DNA from: Girardia tigrina
Lineage: Eukaryota
DNA: 64,000 nt
Direction of reading: 5' to 3'
Assembly: GCA_001938485.1 (NCBI GenBank)
Contig: MQRK01175485.1
Span: 1 to 64,000, forward strand
The notes below the pieces were generated by a model that was given only the letters and a program-made list of their open reading frames with translations, did no database searches and had not been told where the DNA came from. Positions 49,801 through 62,213 of the stretch are shown piece by piece; position 1 is the first letter of the stretch; every line of letters begins with the position of its first letter. A program made the translations under genes and the position numbers.

Positions 49801-52800
49801 CATAGATTTCGAAATGAGATAAGTTCCAGAAAGTAATGTCGAATCCAAAAGTTGTTTTGTAGATTGGTCTGATAATCACCCAAGAAAAAACGGTGTTATC
49901 AGCATTTGACTGTTCTGCTTGAATTTCTCTAGTTATGCGTTTTTAATTATTTCTTTTATTGCTTTTTATTGATTTTATTATTTTTATAATATAATTATAT
50001 AATTATATAATTAAGCTTCTTCTTGGCTTTCTTTTCTTTCTTGACTTTCTTCTTTATCTTTTAAATCATATGATCTTCTTATTCTTCTAAATAAACTAAT
50101 CCAAAAAAATAAAATAATCTACAAATTTCACCAGTAAATGATTGAAAGCATAGCAGAACGCATACATAGCAGAAAGGCGTTTAAAATTTGAAAGTATCGT
50201 GTTAGACAAGACTAAATGTTTTTTTTTATCACAAAAGGAAAGGAAAGTATGAATTACATAAACAAAAGATTGCCAGGCTCATACCAAAAAAAACAAATAT
50301 ATTTACATGAGATAAAAAAAATAAAAATTATCTTGGTTGATAATCAGGTGTGTTACTGTGTAGTTATTACACTCATCATCAAACATATGATGTAAACTGT
50401 GCTGATTATATTCATTGTCATAGATTTATTAATCTTTGAAGTTATTTCAAGTAAAATACAGTCTACATGGTATTATTTTACCTTTTAATAATTAATAATG
50501 TGACCTAGAGATTATCCTTAATTATTAATACACTTTATGAATAATCATTTACTTTTCAAAAATGGTAAATATTTTTTACGGAAACTGTTTTAAAAATATG
50601 AGATTTCAATTATTAATAACGAAGATTTTTCACAAAAATTATATCGTTCGGAAGTGTTGATGAATCAATATTTTTTAGTTGAGGTAATAATGAGGTGAAA
50701 TAATATATATTTAAATTTAGATTTTGAATAATATGAATCGAATTTCATCTGTATTTCATAACAATTTGTAAATAAATGATATCACAATATTTAATGGGAA
50801 TATATACAAATCGCTTCAAAGAAAATTAGGTCAAAAAGTGTACTAAAGTATCATTTATATTAATTTAAAGAATAAGTATAATCATACCAAAAAAATTTTT
50901 GGTGTACAAGCTTTTATAATTTGTCATATGTTTGCGGTTCTGTATCTATTTCACCCACTTCCCACATTTTTTTTGACTGAATTATCAAAGCCTGCATGGC
51001 GAAAACCCGCTTTGTATTTGCATTTAGATGTAGCAAATTTCAAAGCCTACTACTGAGGAAAACATGAGAACGACACTTTAATTACTTTTTGCGGCCAAAC
51101 TAAAGGCGGTAGATGAGCAGTGACAGTGAAAAAGTGTATTGTCACCTAGAATACATCAGTCCTGAAAGTTTCATGTCGCTAGGTGAACGGGAAGTGGGTG
51201 AATCTTCGATCGCAAGATTTGATGCATCTAGACAGATAAACAAACAAATGAAACGTAATAAAATCTTGTAAAAAATACAAATATTGTTTTTTATATTTAT
51301 ATTATATATTATTATATCTTTTCATTAATTATTACACATTATTAACAACATCACAATTTGAATGTAAACATTTATTTACAACACAAACAGATTCTTCACA
51401 ACAATTTTCAGAGGTCATCTTTCTTTGATTGATATAGTTTTTGTTTAAGTATTCAAATCTAAAAAAAAACAATGAATGGGAAAGTTTTCAATATTAATTT
51501 TTAATTTCTTAAATTTTATTGGATAAATGGCATTACGTAATTTTTAAAATGAACATTAATTTTTGAAATATATTAAATTTAATAAGTTAAAATCGTTTAC
51601 TAAAAATATTATTAAAATTCATAATTATAAAACTTTAATTAATTAGTACTTAAAATTAATATCATTAGATTCAAATAATAAATCATTAAACATATCAATC
51701 CCATCTGAGTAGGAGAGTCACAAATCATATCACAAATCAGCATACAAACAACAAACTTACAACATTCTAAATTATCCCTCACACACATCATTAAACATAC
51801 AATCACAAACGCATTCATACATACGATCAATCATATACCTACATTGAGTTCCTATTGTAGCACACTAATCACTTCTCCCTGTGATCGTGCGTCCTCGTTT
51901 CCCTGATCATTTCTGAATTTTCTGTTACCTACAGGATATTCCAGTCTTTTGCCATCTTCTCTTCTATACGTTCCTTCAGAATAGTCCCCTTTTCTAGAGT
52001 CTTCTCTTATGTACAATTCCTCATCTAGTTCGTCCACTTCTGCTACTAGGTATTTCCTATTCGTATATGTTAGTCGTTCTCTATACCGTTGCTTCGAGTA
52101 ATTTTGCCTGTTATTCCATCGATTATTTCCATTATCCATTTTCCAATGATCACGCTCCCTAAACCTATTAGGGTTTTCATAACACTGTGTTATTAAATGC
52201 CCTTTTCCATTACAATGACTACACTTCACGTTTGGGCACTCTCTTCTAACATGCTTTTCTTCATGGCATGCCCAACAGGTAATTTTTCGAACTTTAAAAT
52301 TTCTTCTTGTTTCTTGTTCTATGAATTTCTCGTTCTGTGGTCTTGGTGTTCTTTTTTTATTTTCCACTGTTCTCCATTCATTTTCTCTTTTTGTGTTATA
52401 TGCCGCTACAGGAGCATTTCTTTTCTTTTTATCAAATTCGAACATTCTCGTTTGAATGTCTTCAATCTCTTCAGATTTCTTGACACCTCTGACAGCTATT
52501 TCTTTCTGCACGTTCTCGTCATTTATCAGATTAGCGTAGACTAAATTTGATAGTTTTTTTACCCAACTTTTTCTCAATTAACTTTTCAATGATTTCATCA
52601 GCCTTTCTAAATGTTACTGTTGGATAATATCGATTTTTGAGCATCGAACAAAATTCCTCAATCGATTCATTTGAGGAGAATATGGTGGCAAGAACTTCAC
52701 CATATACTCCTTTTCATTTAAAGCTGCCAAAATAGGGCGAGTGTTGTGGATACTGGCGTTTTCAATTATGAAACACCTGATTTGACCACTTTCAACGACT

Positions 52801-55495
52801 GGAAAATTATGAGTAATGAAATTTACAAATTCTCCTGAACATATGCTACTAATCTTCATAGAATGCCTTAATATGCCGTTTATTCCTACCGCATAAAGTA
52901 ATGACACATTAACACCTTTGAATTTCTTAACATTAACAAAACACTCTGTATTCTTTGGCGAATAGCCATATTTTTTTGTCAGATATAGATTGAATCCCGA
53001 TTCATAGAAGTTAAATTGTCATCTGAAATATTAGAAATCTCATTAGCAAACTGTAGCCTTTTCTGTTTGTATGTGTTACTATTTCTATTTAAAGGGACAA
53101 GAGTTAATATCTTCCTACTATATCCCATTAATTTCAAGATTTTACAAACACCTGAAACAGATTTTATGGATTCTCTTTCTGCCGATTTCTGGGAAAGGTC
53201 CTTTAATGAGAGCGTGAGATTTATAGATAATTCAAATGATATGATTTCTTTCTCCCTCTCCTAGTTTTTTTCTCAGCAGCCTTTTCTTCTCATTTGCTGG
53301 AACATAGGAAATTCCATTTTCAAAATCACCTCTTCTAAACAGATTCATAAGCTTCTGAACCACAGGATTTGATAAATTCAAGCTCAACATTATTTCCTTT
53401 TGTTTTGTTTCTTGGTTCAGAAGATTTAAAAAGCTGTAAGATTTAAGTGTATTGTCTCCTGTGAAATATTCTATCGTTTCTACCTTTCGTGTCTTACAGG
53501 TGATCCAGCCTCATTGTTTGAATGTTAGTTATCAAAATATTTTTCATACTCATCATCATAATAAACCATTGTAATTATTTTTTAAGATTGGTGTGTTTTA
53601 AAATTTTGATTAAGCTATTAAATTCAAAGTTATTATTATAACCATAAAATCTTTATTTTAATAACGATTAAAAATAATCTCAATTAAATAGAAATAATTA
53701 TGATTTTATCCAGTATAAATTAAAGTTGCATAGAAACAGAATCAAGGTTTATAAAACGGAATTAAGATTTTATAAAAACAAAGAAAGGATTTTATAAAAA
53801 TGAAAAAAAAATGTTAAATAAAATGACGAAAATGTATTGTTTAGGTCGTTTTGATTATAATGCACAACCCTAAATTTTCATTCATAATCGATGGATAATC
53901 TGTAGTTGAAAACAATATCGGAGTCCGTAGATAATAATGATTATTTTTCCTTTCTACCATCGATTTCCAAATAAAATAATATCCATTTTGTTGGTGAAAC
54001 TTCTTTAAAATATTCTCAATAAAGCGAGATACTTTTTGGACATTAATTAATAAATTAAATGATGTAATCAGTAATTCATCTCGTAAATTTGTTTACAAAG
54101 ATGACGAAAAGTTTCTTTTATGTTTATGGAATTTACACTCATTACAAGAAAATTGACGAACAAGACTGGAACATAAATGCAGCAAAGTTGGAAATTCGTT
54201 TTATGAGAACACTTAATTTTTTCACATTGGGAATGATTTTAAATTGTTTTACAGTTTTATAATCTTAACCCTAATCTTACCAAATATGGATCACAGCTGA
54301 CCCGAAAATCAGATTTATGTAATTAATTCGTAATTTTATAATTCATGGTTCTATTTAATCCGATATTTTGGCACAATATGGCATTTTATAATGAAAATGT
54401 CCGATGTATAAATGTATAAAAATGTTAAAAATAAATAAATTTTATATTTAGAGTACAAAAATATTAATATTCTTAAAAATGGTCATGTGTGACCTATTTC
54501 TAATAACTAACGTTTTAAATTTATTTTGGTACGGCTAGGGTTACGTGATTTCTATTATATTTTTTAAACCTTCCAAATGATCCAGTCAAGTATTTGATTA
54601 TCCGTTAACGTCTTTGTCGAGTTTTTAACCCATCTCAGTTTCTTTTTTCCATTCTTTTTATTAGCTTACTTTATATATATGTATATCCATGGAATTTCGA
54701 AACTTATTTTTGACTCATTCAATTTTCTCTAAACTTTGCACATTTACTCATTTTCGATGACAATAAATGATAATGTACAAATTTGATCAAATTAGTAAAT
54801 CAAAAAAAATATTTTTCCAAAAACACTTCTATTATTGGCATACAAATGTTTAAACTGTATTATATAGAAATGTTTTGGTTTTTTCCTTCCATGCTTTATA
54901 TTAAATTTATTGTGTTATTAGTAACTATTTATTTGCAAAATGGAGTTGTAATTTTTTTGTATAAAATTTTCCCTTCTACAAAAGATTTCATTAGTTATTA
55001 ATAACATAATAAGTTTATTAAAAAATGTAATAGTAATTTTCCCTTCTACAAAAGATTACAAAAAAAATTCTGTTGACCAAGTAGAGTTCTGTCCACATAA
55101 AGAATGGATTAAAAAAATTTTTTGATTTACTAGTTTCTTTATTAATTATTTTGTTAGGGGCATTTGTATTTTACTATTTCTTAATTTCATATAGAAAATT
55201 TCTTCCATTTTTTATTATTATAAAATTGCAGATAAAGAAAATTGGACCACACTGTTGGCAAATTTGGACTTGGCGTTTTTGTTGGCGTATGCGGTGAGCA
55301 TGTTTGTGAGGTACTGACGCGTTGTTTGGTCGATAACCTATGATTTCTGTGTATCACAGCGGCCACATCGCCGAGCGCGTCAATATTCGCTATTTTCTTA
55401 CTATAGGGATGTTATTGTGTGGCATCTCGACTGCTCTGTTCGGGATGGGCTATTACCTGGGCATCCACAACTTCTATTATTATCTCTTTGTTCAG
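43313..55495 (+). CDS. SLC37A2: SLC37A1/A2-like sugar-phosphate:phosphate exchanger (MFS), first four exons; remaining exons not seen in the window
   Basis: Exons 43313-43380, 43446-43621, 55232-55310 and 55360-55495 have matching phases. Protein: YTTFHMSRKPISVVKSMLHRNC..CDWAPF|DKENWTTLLANLDLAFLLAYAVSMFVS|GHIAERVNIRYFLTIGML..LFGMGYYLGIHNFYYYLFVQ. Orthology within SLC37A1/A2 is not resolvable by eye. Confidence 0.92.
43735..44565. repeat. Two-copy tandem duplication (~425-bp unit) of almost pure A/T sequence
   Basis: 43737... and 44162... start with the same TAATATTTTTTT..ATATTTTTATATTAATTTTAATAATAAATATTATTAGTTATAATT and stay aligned for about 400 bp. Confidence 0.85.
45690..46150 (-). mobile_element. 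pogo (POGK/POGZ-like) DDE transposase fragment
   Basis: NLSMRAVTSVGQSLP..LGNMDEVSVSSDIPGTRTV..TTGNEKYNFTV..ADGTNVKP. Confidence 0.8.
46150..46544 (-). mobile_element. Mariner 5' fragment (host of the Tigger insertion)
   Basis: MENQNEHIRHVLLHYFRKGKTAVQ..TTREVAETLEISKSSVGSHLKKLGFVSKLDMWLPHELKE. Confidence 0.85.
46545..48918 (-). mobile_element. Tigger/Jerky-like pogo transposon, full length (2374 bp), near-intact transposase
   Basis: TIRs CAGTGCACTCTCGATTA / CAGTGTACTCTCGATTA with TA flanks. ATG at 48432. CENP-B HTH, then IYNADETGL, LLLDNAPSH and QPMDQGVI. Acidic tail and a C-terminal QTKITDFF motif at about 46840-46865. Confidence 0.95.
50905..51270 (+). mobile_element. Non-autonomous Helentron/HINE-like or MITE-like element with nested inverted repeats
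   Basis: Terminal IR TACAAGCTTTTAT / ATAAAATCTTGTA, and a perfect internal 14-bp IR TTCACCCACTTCCC (50950) / GGGAAGTGGGTGAA (51189). Confidence 0.65.
51340..51783 (-). mobile_element. Solo LTR (family A, divergent)
   Basis: Minus strand TGTGAGGGAT...CTCTCCTACTCAGATGG...GTTGTTAATA with a 5-bp TSD CACAT (51335-51339 and 51784-51788). Confidence 0.8.
51852..52605 (-). mobile_element. LTR-retrotransposon gag C-terminal fragment with two CCHC zinc knuckles
   Basis: CWACHEEKHVRREC and CSHCNGKGHLITQC within a 241-aa ORF. Confidence 0.85.
52610..53520 (-). mobile_element. Tc1/IS630-like transposase remnant
   Basis: ESGFNLY..GYSPK..NVSLLYAVG..IIENASIH..KFLPPYSPQMN, with upstream HTH-like fragments. 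Confidence 0.8.
54269..54540. mobile_element. piggyBac-like MITE (~272 bp)
   Basis: TTAA|CCCTAATCTTACCAAA ... TTTGGTACGGCTAGGG|TTAC (13/16 TIR match), with GGTCA-TGACC-type subterminal palindromes. Confidence 0.65.
54645..55134 (-). repeat. Helentron/HINE-like family B copy
   Basis: Reverse complement of the 24656-25047 element ends (ACTAGTAAATCAAAAA..TCCATTCTTTATG..CAGAAC; ..CCATGGATA..AAGCTAATAAAAAGAATGG). Confidence 0.6.
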
Positions 55496-56392
55496 GTTTG
55501 TTGAGTATTTATTGATTTAATGGTTATTATGTTAATTATTTAATATTATTTTAGTATTATACATTTATTGTTATATTATTATTGTTATCATTTACTTATA
55601 TATATCATTATATTATTATCATTTACTTTTTAATAATTTATATTCTCGAAGAATTTAATTTAATAAAATAAATATTTTATTTATTATGTTTATTTTCAAG
55701 TTCTATAATTACTCGTCGTTTAAATTATTTTTAGAGCATTTTATAGATTATTATTTTTATTTGTTTATCGATAAAATTGCGTTACAAATGAGTTTATAAT
55801 AATTTCTATTTCAATAATTTTTGCTTTTTGATTTGATTTTTCATAAATTTTATTTTTTACTAATTTAATAAAATTATGTTTTTTTCAATTCAAAATATGT
55901 GTTAAATTTTTTTTAATAATTTTTTAAAATTTCTTACATTTAATAATTATTTTTTTATGTTTATTTTCTATTTTATCATTTCCCGTGTCATTTTTTATTA
56001 ATTGATATTAATTATTAGTAATTATTACCAATTGACTATTATCGATAATTAAGTGTATTTCTCAAAAAAATCAAAAAAATGTTTATTCCATATAAAATTC
56101 CACTAAAATATCTCGCGGATATTGATTGATTATCATTGATTGACCTTTGATCTGAGACATGTGAGAGTGAGTGTATGTGACACAGATTCGGTTAGTTGCG
56201 TCAGTGTGGTCGTCACTGCGATTATCATCGATTTGACATTATTTGATCGAGTTCCTCATTTTTGAATTTGTCATTATTCGTTTATTATTGTTTAGTTTGA
56301 TCGATTTATGTAACTATATATTATAAAAAATAATATTAATAAATATCAAGTGATCATATAAATCAAAAAAAAAGTTTAATAATCTGTAATTA

Positions 56393-58071
56393 TGTTAAGA
56401 GAACTAACATTTATCACAAAATGTATTACAATTACAATTTGGATCATCTTTGTGACAATTATTTCACTCATATTCATCGATCAAAAGATGAATTTTCTTT
56501 ATCCCATAATCTAAACTAACTTGAACTTTAATAAGCCTCCCCCGACTGAACGGATAACTGAGTATTGTAGAGACTACAGTGCCAGCATTGGCGTACAGGG
56601 TGAGTCATAAAATCTGTATCGTGTAAAAACCATATATAGACAATACAGAGCCTACTGACTTTCTCACACGGCTTTAGATGCAAGAATGCGAGGTTTCAGT
56701 GCACGGGCACGCTTCGATTTCCCAGTCAGTCATGATCCCTCGTACCGTGATTCTGTAGAGCTTTTGGCTGAAAGGGAAACTGAAATATCCCCACATCAGT
56801 TGTATTACTTAACCGAAAGTCGAGAACCACCCTTGGAATCACTCCTGAGTCCGTCTCCCCGGTACTGTCGATGGACGCTGACACATCATGCATCGCGATA
56901 TGGTTCGAAGATTTTTTACATATTTCATCTGCATTATTTTGTGAAGCACTAATACCACTGGTACTGCCTTGGGTTCGGTGATCGATCAATAAATGTCTCT
57001 TTAACCATCCATCCGTTTTATATGTCTTGTGACAATTTTCCATGGGACATCGGAAAGGTTTGTCACTAACCTGACGCTGCGGCATCGTGACTGTATGCAC
57101 GTTTTTGATGTGTCTTCTTAGTTCCTTCTGTTCCGCAAAAACTTTGAAACAAGAAGAATACGTGTATTGCACTGCTTTGATACGCGGCTGGAGCATTTTC
57201 GGGTACTCTTTTCTTTGTTCAATCACTTCTATCAGTTTTTCAGACACAGTTCCTTTGATTAGGTGTTTGAATTTCTCGACAGTGTCGAGAATTCCTCTCT
57301 CATTCAAGCATTTCTGGTATTCGACCAGATCTTCTTGGCCGCCGAATAACCAGAGAATATGGCGGGCGATACGCTCTTTCATCAACTGCTTTTTACGGCC
57401 GTAACTTTTCTATTTCTTGAGGCCGTTTCTGAGTTTAATACTCTTTTTACCTCACGTACACATTTTCGTCTATTGTACTCAAAGAATACAATACGCCGTT
57501 TCACCAGTACCACATGCGCCTCGGGAAACCAATTGACATATCCGTATTACGTATTCTGTCAAGTTTAGTTTTACCAAGAGCAGTGCGTGTGCAGGTATTA
57601 TGAAAAGCTTGTAGCCGGGCTACCTCTTTTTCAGGTGTTGCCTAGCACTCACTGCCGGGAAAATGCCTGATCTTTAAAAAAAACTTGAACCTTAATATTC
57701 TTGTACAAATATTTACTATAAATTTTATGGGTTAAAATTAAAATGACTTAATTTTTTAAAAATTTTAATTTGATTTATTAATTTAAAAATAAAATTAATA
57801 AAATCATTTAAAATTTACAATGATAATTAATAAATATTAATTAATAAAAACTGACACAGTAAATGATAAAATAGAAAATATACATAAAAAAATTAATTAT
57901 TAAAATTTAAAATTTACAATTAAAGTAAGTTTAACAATTAAATATTAATTTGAGTTAAATTAGTTTCAGATAATAAGAATTAAAATATTAATTAGCACCT
58001 GAGTAGAAGAGACAATTTCAAATCAACACACAACATTCAATCAGAAAATATCAAAATTCCAAACATTCCTC
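56393..58071 (-). mobile_element. LTR family A copy split by a LINE insertion
   Basis: 56393-56533 and 57682-58071 align colinearly with the LTR at 28266-28712. Confidence 0.75.
56534..57681 (-). mobile_element. 5'-truncated RTE-like LINE with C-terminal C2H2 zinc fingers
   Basis: GSEC*ATPEKEVARLQAFHNTCTRTALGKTKLDRIRN is the RTE-type post-RT motif. Fingers include FRCPMENCHKTYKTDGWLKRHLLIDH. 16-bp TSD AACTTGAACYTTAATA at 56518-56533 and 57682-57697. Confidence 0.88.
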
Positions 58072-58705
58072 GAAGGTTTAATTAAAAGACTTAAGAAATA
58101 ACGCTATTGAAATTGTTGCCTAAATGCTTCTAAAAGTCGTATAAGTATCTTAATAGATTGTTGCATGTTTTCTTAAATAATCAGTCGTTTTTCATGACAA
58201 GTAGGCTGAAGTCGCCCAAAACAAAAGATAGGTTTGAAAGCCTAAATTAACATAATATATAGAGAGGGATTATCGGTTATATTATTCAAAGATTCCAGAA
58301 AACCCATTTATTAAGTTAAGCTATAATATTTCCGGCTTTTAAAAGACATATTTCGATATTTTGATATACAATGCTCTACAAATAATGGAAAATGCATTAC
58401 AATTTTATGTTTAACACGGAAAATAAAGTTGCAATAATTTTTCCTTCTCTAACTATTCATCGGGTTATGAACTAGTTTCAATTGATTTAAGAATGTAAAA
58501 ACAAAGGATATAAAAACTTTCGCTTTGATATCGCTAAGGATGACGCATGAGACACTTGACTTTCATTATTTCATCGCTTGTATTTTGGAGCGATAAATTT
58601 TCAATAAGCAATAAAATATTGATAAAGAATAAAAATAATTGATATTATGTTTGGATCATAAAATGCTTTCGCTCAGAGAGATTTTTCGTACTCGCTGTTT
58701 TTTAG

Positions 58706-58780
58706 TATATATATATATATATATATATATNNNNNNNNNNNNNNNNNNNNNNNNNNNNNNNNNNNNNNNNNNNNNNNNNN

Positions 58781-58832
<52 letters not shown>
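58706..58832. repeat. (TA)n microsatellite spanning a gap
   Basis: Direct inspection. Confidence 0.95.
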
Positions 58833-58835
<3 letters not shown>

Positions 58836-60589
58836 TTAAATTTTATTTAAACACATTTATAATTCGTTATCTACAGCAAATAACGAAATTCTGTAATAAT
58901 TTTAATAATAAGAGGAGAAGATTGATCTGTTTTTTTCAAATAAATAAATTTTACTCTTTATTATATACACAAATAAAACTCAAAGGAATTGATCATAATT
59001 CATATAAATATTTAAAAAATATGATAAATTGTTTCTAAAACACAAAAAATATTCATCATAATGTATTCTTAATTTTGACTTATCAACTGTCATCATCAGA
59101 CTAAGGGAACATTCATTTAAAACGTAGAGCTTACATTTGCAATTTAAAACCCATACTCCTTTAAAAATAACTAACTACAAAAGTTTTCAAAAAGCAAACA
59201 TCAGAAATTATGCAATCAAATAACTTCAATAACTCAAGAACGCTGGAACTGAGATAAGATTTCATTTTTTTCTTTTTTCTCCCTTGCTCTTTCACATTTT
59301 AAATGCAAACTTTGTTTTAATTATTGTTTCATTTAGGATCTTAAACTCACACTACGAGTGAATTTTCATTACGTGTTCAAATTTGAGTAATTGAAAATTC
59401 ATAGGAACGTTATATAACAAAATTTTTATGCCCCCTGTAACGAAATGTCATAACATATTATGCAATATTACCTCTAAAAATAACAATGACATACAAAATA
59501 ATTGATTATTCAATTTATAAAAAAATACTTTCAATAAATTTGAAGAAGATGGTGCTTGGACAAAAATTTTAGGATCATAAATACTTCACATATCACACAT
59601 ACTTTATTGTGAAGGAATGAATCACATGGTATGTTTAAATATGGTTTATGATGCTTTATTAACATGATTTAACCACAAACCTTTCATAATTTGTGTCAAA
59701 ATTATTTATGGCAGTTTTAAAATCTTTATCATGACCATCACTAGAACTATCTATAAATTTTAATTTAATTCTATTTCGATCTATATTAATAAAATATTTT
59801 AAGGGATTTGAAATAATTTTGACACAAACTATAAAAGTATATATAATTGGTACTAAATTCAATAATCAAAACTAAAATAGACAATGTAGTTCCACGCATG
59901 ATTTGATCAATTTCCTAGTTCCGAATTTTATTTTTGCTAAAATATTGTTTTGAAACGAAAAAAATAATTTTTATTAGAAAATTTTTATTTTGTACGCGTT
60001 AACGCCTTTTAAATATGTACGTGTAGTTACATGATTAAAGATTTGTATCTATAAATTTTTTTTAATTATAAATTTACAGACATTAATTTGTGTATATCAA
60101 AACACAATAACAATTGTTTATATAAAACGGGTGAATGATATTTTATATATTTGAATAAATATTTAACATTTGAATAAATAAATGAAAGTTTAAAAATTTT
60201 TAATAGTTTTATTTTATAATTGTGGATAAATATATATATACGCTTCACCCAGGCTAACTCATAACCACTCTGCTTAAAATGATTCTCGACTATCAATCAT
60301 ACTTCAGATCTAGAAACTCTGTCGGCAGAGTTATCAAGGTTATCCAGAGCTAAAAACTGGAATAGATTTAGAATCTATTCCGGAATTTGTAACTTTATCA
60401 AATCTTCAAATCTTGATAACATATTAATTTTAAACTGTTCAAGATGATCTGTAAAATTTAGGATTTTGTCTTGAGAGAATTCAGGTGCCTTGTTATCTGA
60501 AAATGAAAACCTTTTGAGGGTGAGAAAATGAATCAGCTCTTTCGACCAATATTTGCCATGTGAATATTAAACTTGGCGATGAAATATGA

Positions 60590-62213
60590 AATAGTTCCTT
60601 TAGCCTTGATAAGATTCATCTTGTTTCCTTGAAGTCCTACAATGACTTCGTTCATTTTTTCAAAAGATCTGCATGATGCGCAAGCTACAACTTATGTTGT
60701 TTCAAATTCTCACTTAAAATATGATAACACGAGTAAAGAAACTTTAGTAACCATGTCAAATAATTTAAAGAAACGGCGCAAACAGTTTCCTTTAGAAAGC
60801 CCACCTTACGCCTGCATGTAGAAGCAACGTTTGAATTCCTCATCATTTTCATGGCAAAGTTGTCGGAACAGACGGTCCTTGAGAGAATTAGTTTTGGTCT
60901 TGTTGACACTAGAAATAACCAGTTGTAGGGTTTCATGCAAGACATCACTCCTTTTTTCGCAGCTAAGTGGTAGCGAAGAATGACACAGGGAATAGTGATG
61001 GCATCTGGCTCTGCTTTCTTGAAGTGGGCTAGAAACCCAGCATGATAGCCTATCATGGTACAGTTTGTTGCGCAAGCACTCACGTTTGTTAAGGAAATCT
61101 CTTTTCATAAAAATAATCTTTCACCACTTTAATAAACGACGATCCTTTCGTATCAGCAATCAGTGTTCTAGCAAACATAATTTCCTCTGTAATTTCCTTT
61201 TGTTCATTTATAAACCTCGCATAAACTAATAATATTGCTTTATTATCGATTACAGTTGCTTCATCAATCTGTAATGCAAATTTACTTTTTTTAAACATTT
61301 TTGTAAATTTTAATTCCATGTCTGTGATCATCTCGTCAACTCGCTTGGAAATGGTATTATTGCTCAAAAAAACCAATCGACATACATTTTTACTAGGGCA
61401 TTAGCCTGGCATGATTTCAACGATATTTTTGGTAGCTGGTAAAAGTAGATTTTCTCCAATTGTGTGAGATTTACCACAATTTGCAATCGATAATTTACAA
61501 GTTTATAATTCATTCAAAGTAGGCCATTTATCAGCTTGGGCTTCGAGGTGTCGAAAATAATTAAGTTCTTAAGTTTTTTTAACAGTATGTGCGCTTGATA
61601 AATGATCTTTCATTAGCGATGGCTTCATTGCTTCATTACTATTAAATGTTTTATTACATAAAAGACAATGCGGAAATTCTACATTTGGACGTGATGAGAT
61701 CAAACTGAATTTTAAATGCTCAGATATGTATTGACGACACTTCATTTTTGAATTCATTTCTAAAATATTTAATAAAAACTAACTAAAGAAAATAAAAAAA
61801 GTAGAAATCAAAAGAAAAAGACAATTTAATAGATGAATTTAACCAATATGTATAAATATTTTTATATTATTAAATAAAAAACACATCCAATTATATAAGA
61901 ATATTCATAATATTATTATAAAAATTATACTTTTAAAACAAAAATAATTATTTCTTTTTCAATTTCTAACTCATTAAAAATACATAATGTTATTAGATAT
62001 TGGGTTAAAGTAATTTTTAAAATATATTAAAGTATATATAATGTTTGAAATTGTAGTTTTTTTAGAAAACAAAAGATCATTGAAATACCTATTTTTTATA
62101 TATTTTTTTATGTTTGAACTAAATTAATATTTTATAATAACATATTAATTTTCCCCCTTTGAATATCCATCGCCAACAAATAACCAAAATCAACCCCAGG
62201 TTGGGAACCACTG
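60590..62213 (-). mobile_element. hAT (Buster/Charlie, SCAND3/ZBED-like) 5' portion, pseudogenised
   Basis: 5' TIR CAGTGGTTCCCAACCTGGGG with flank AACTAAAC (nnnTAnnn). ATG at 61757, BED finger (CLLCNKT..NEAMKPS..HL..H), LSNNTISKRV, FALQIDEAT, KDRLFRQLCHENDEEF. Confidence 0.9.

Noticed and set aside
51340-52605. A gag-only retroelement ending directly in its own 3' LTR
   Set aside because: The LTR has its own CACAT TSD and no PPT, so it is an independent solo LTR inserted near the gag remnant.
56726-57385. Host C2H2 zinc-finger transcription factor gene
   Set aside because: It is contiguous with RTE-type ORF2 motifs and enclosed by a 16-bp TSD, so it is LINE-derived.
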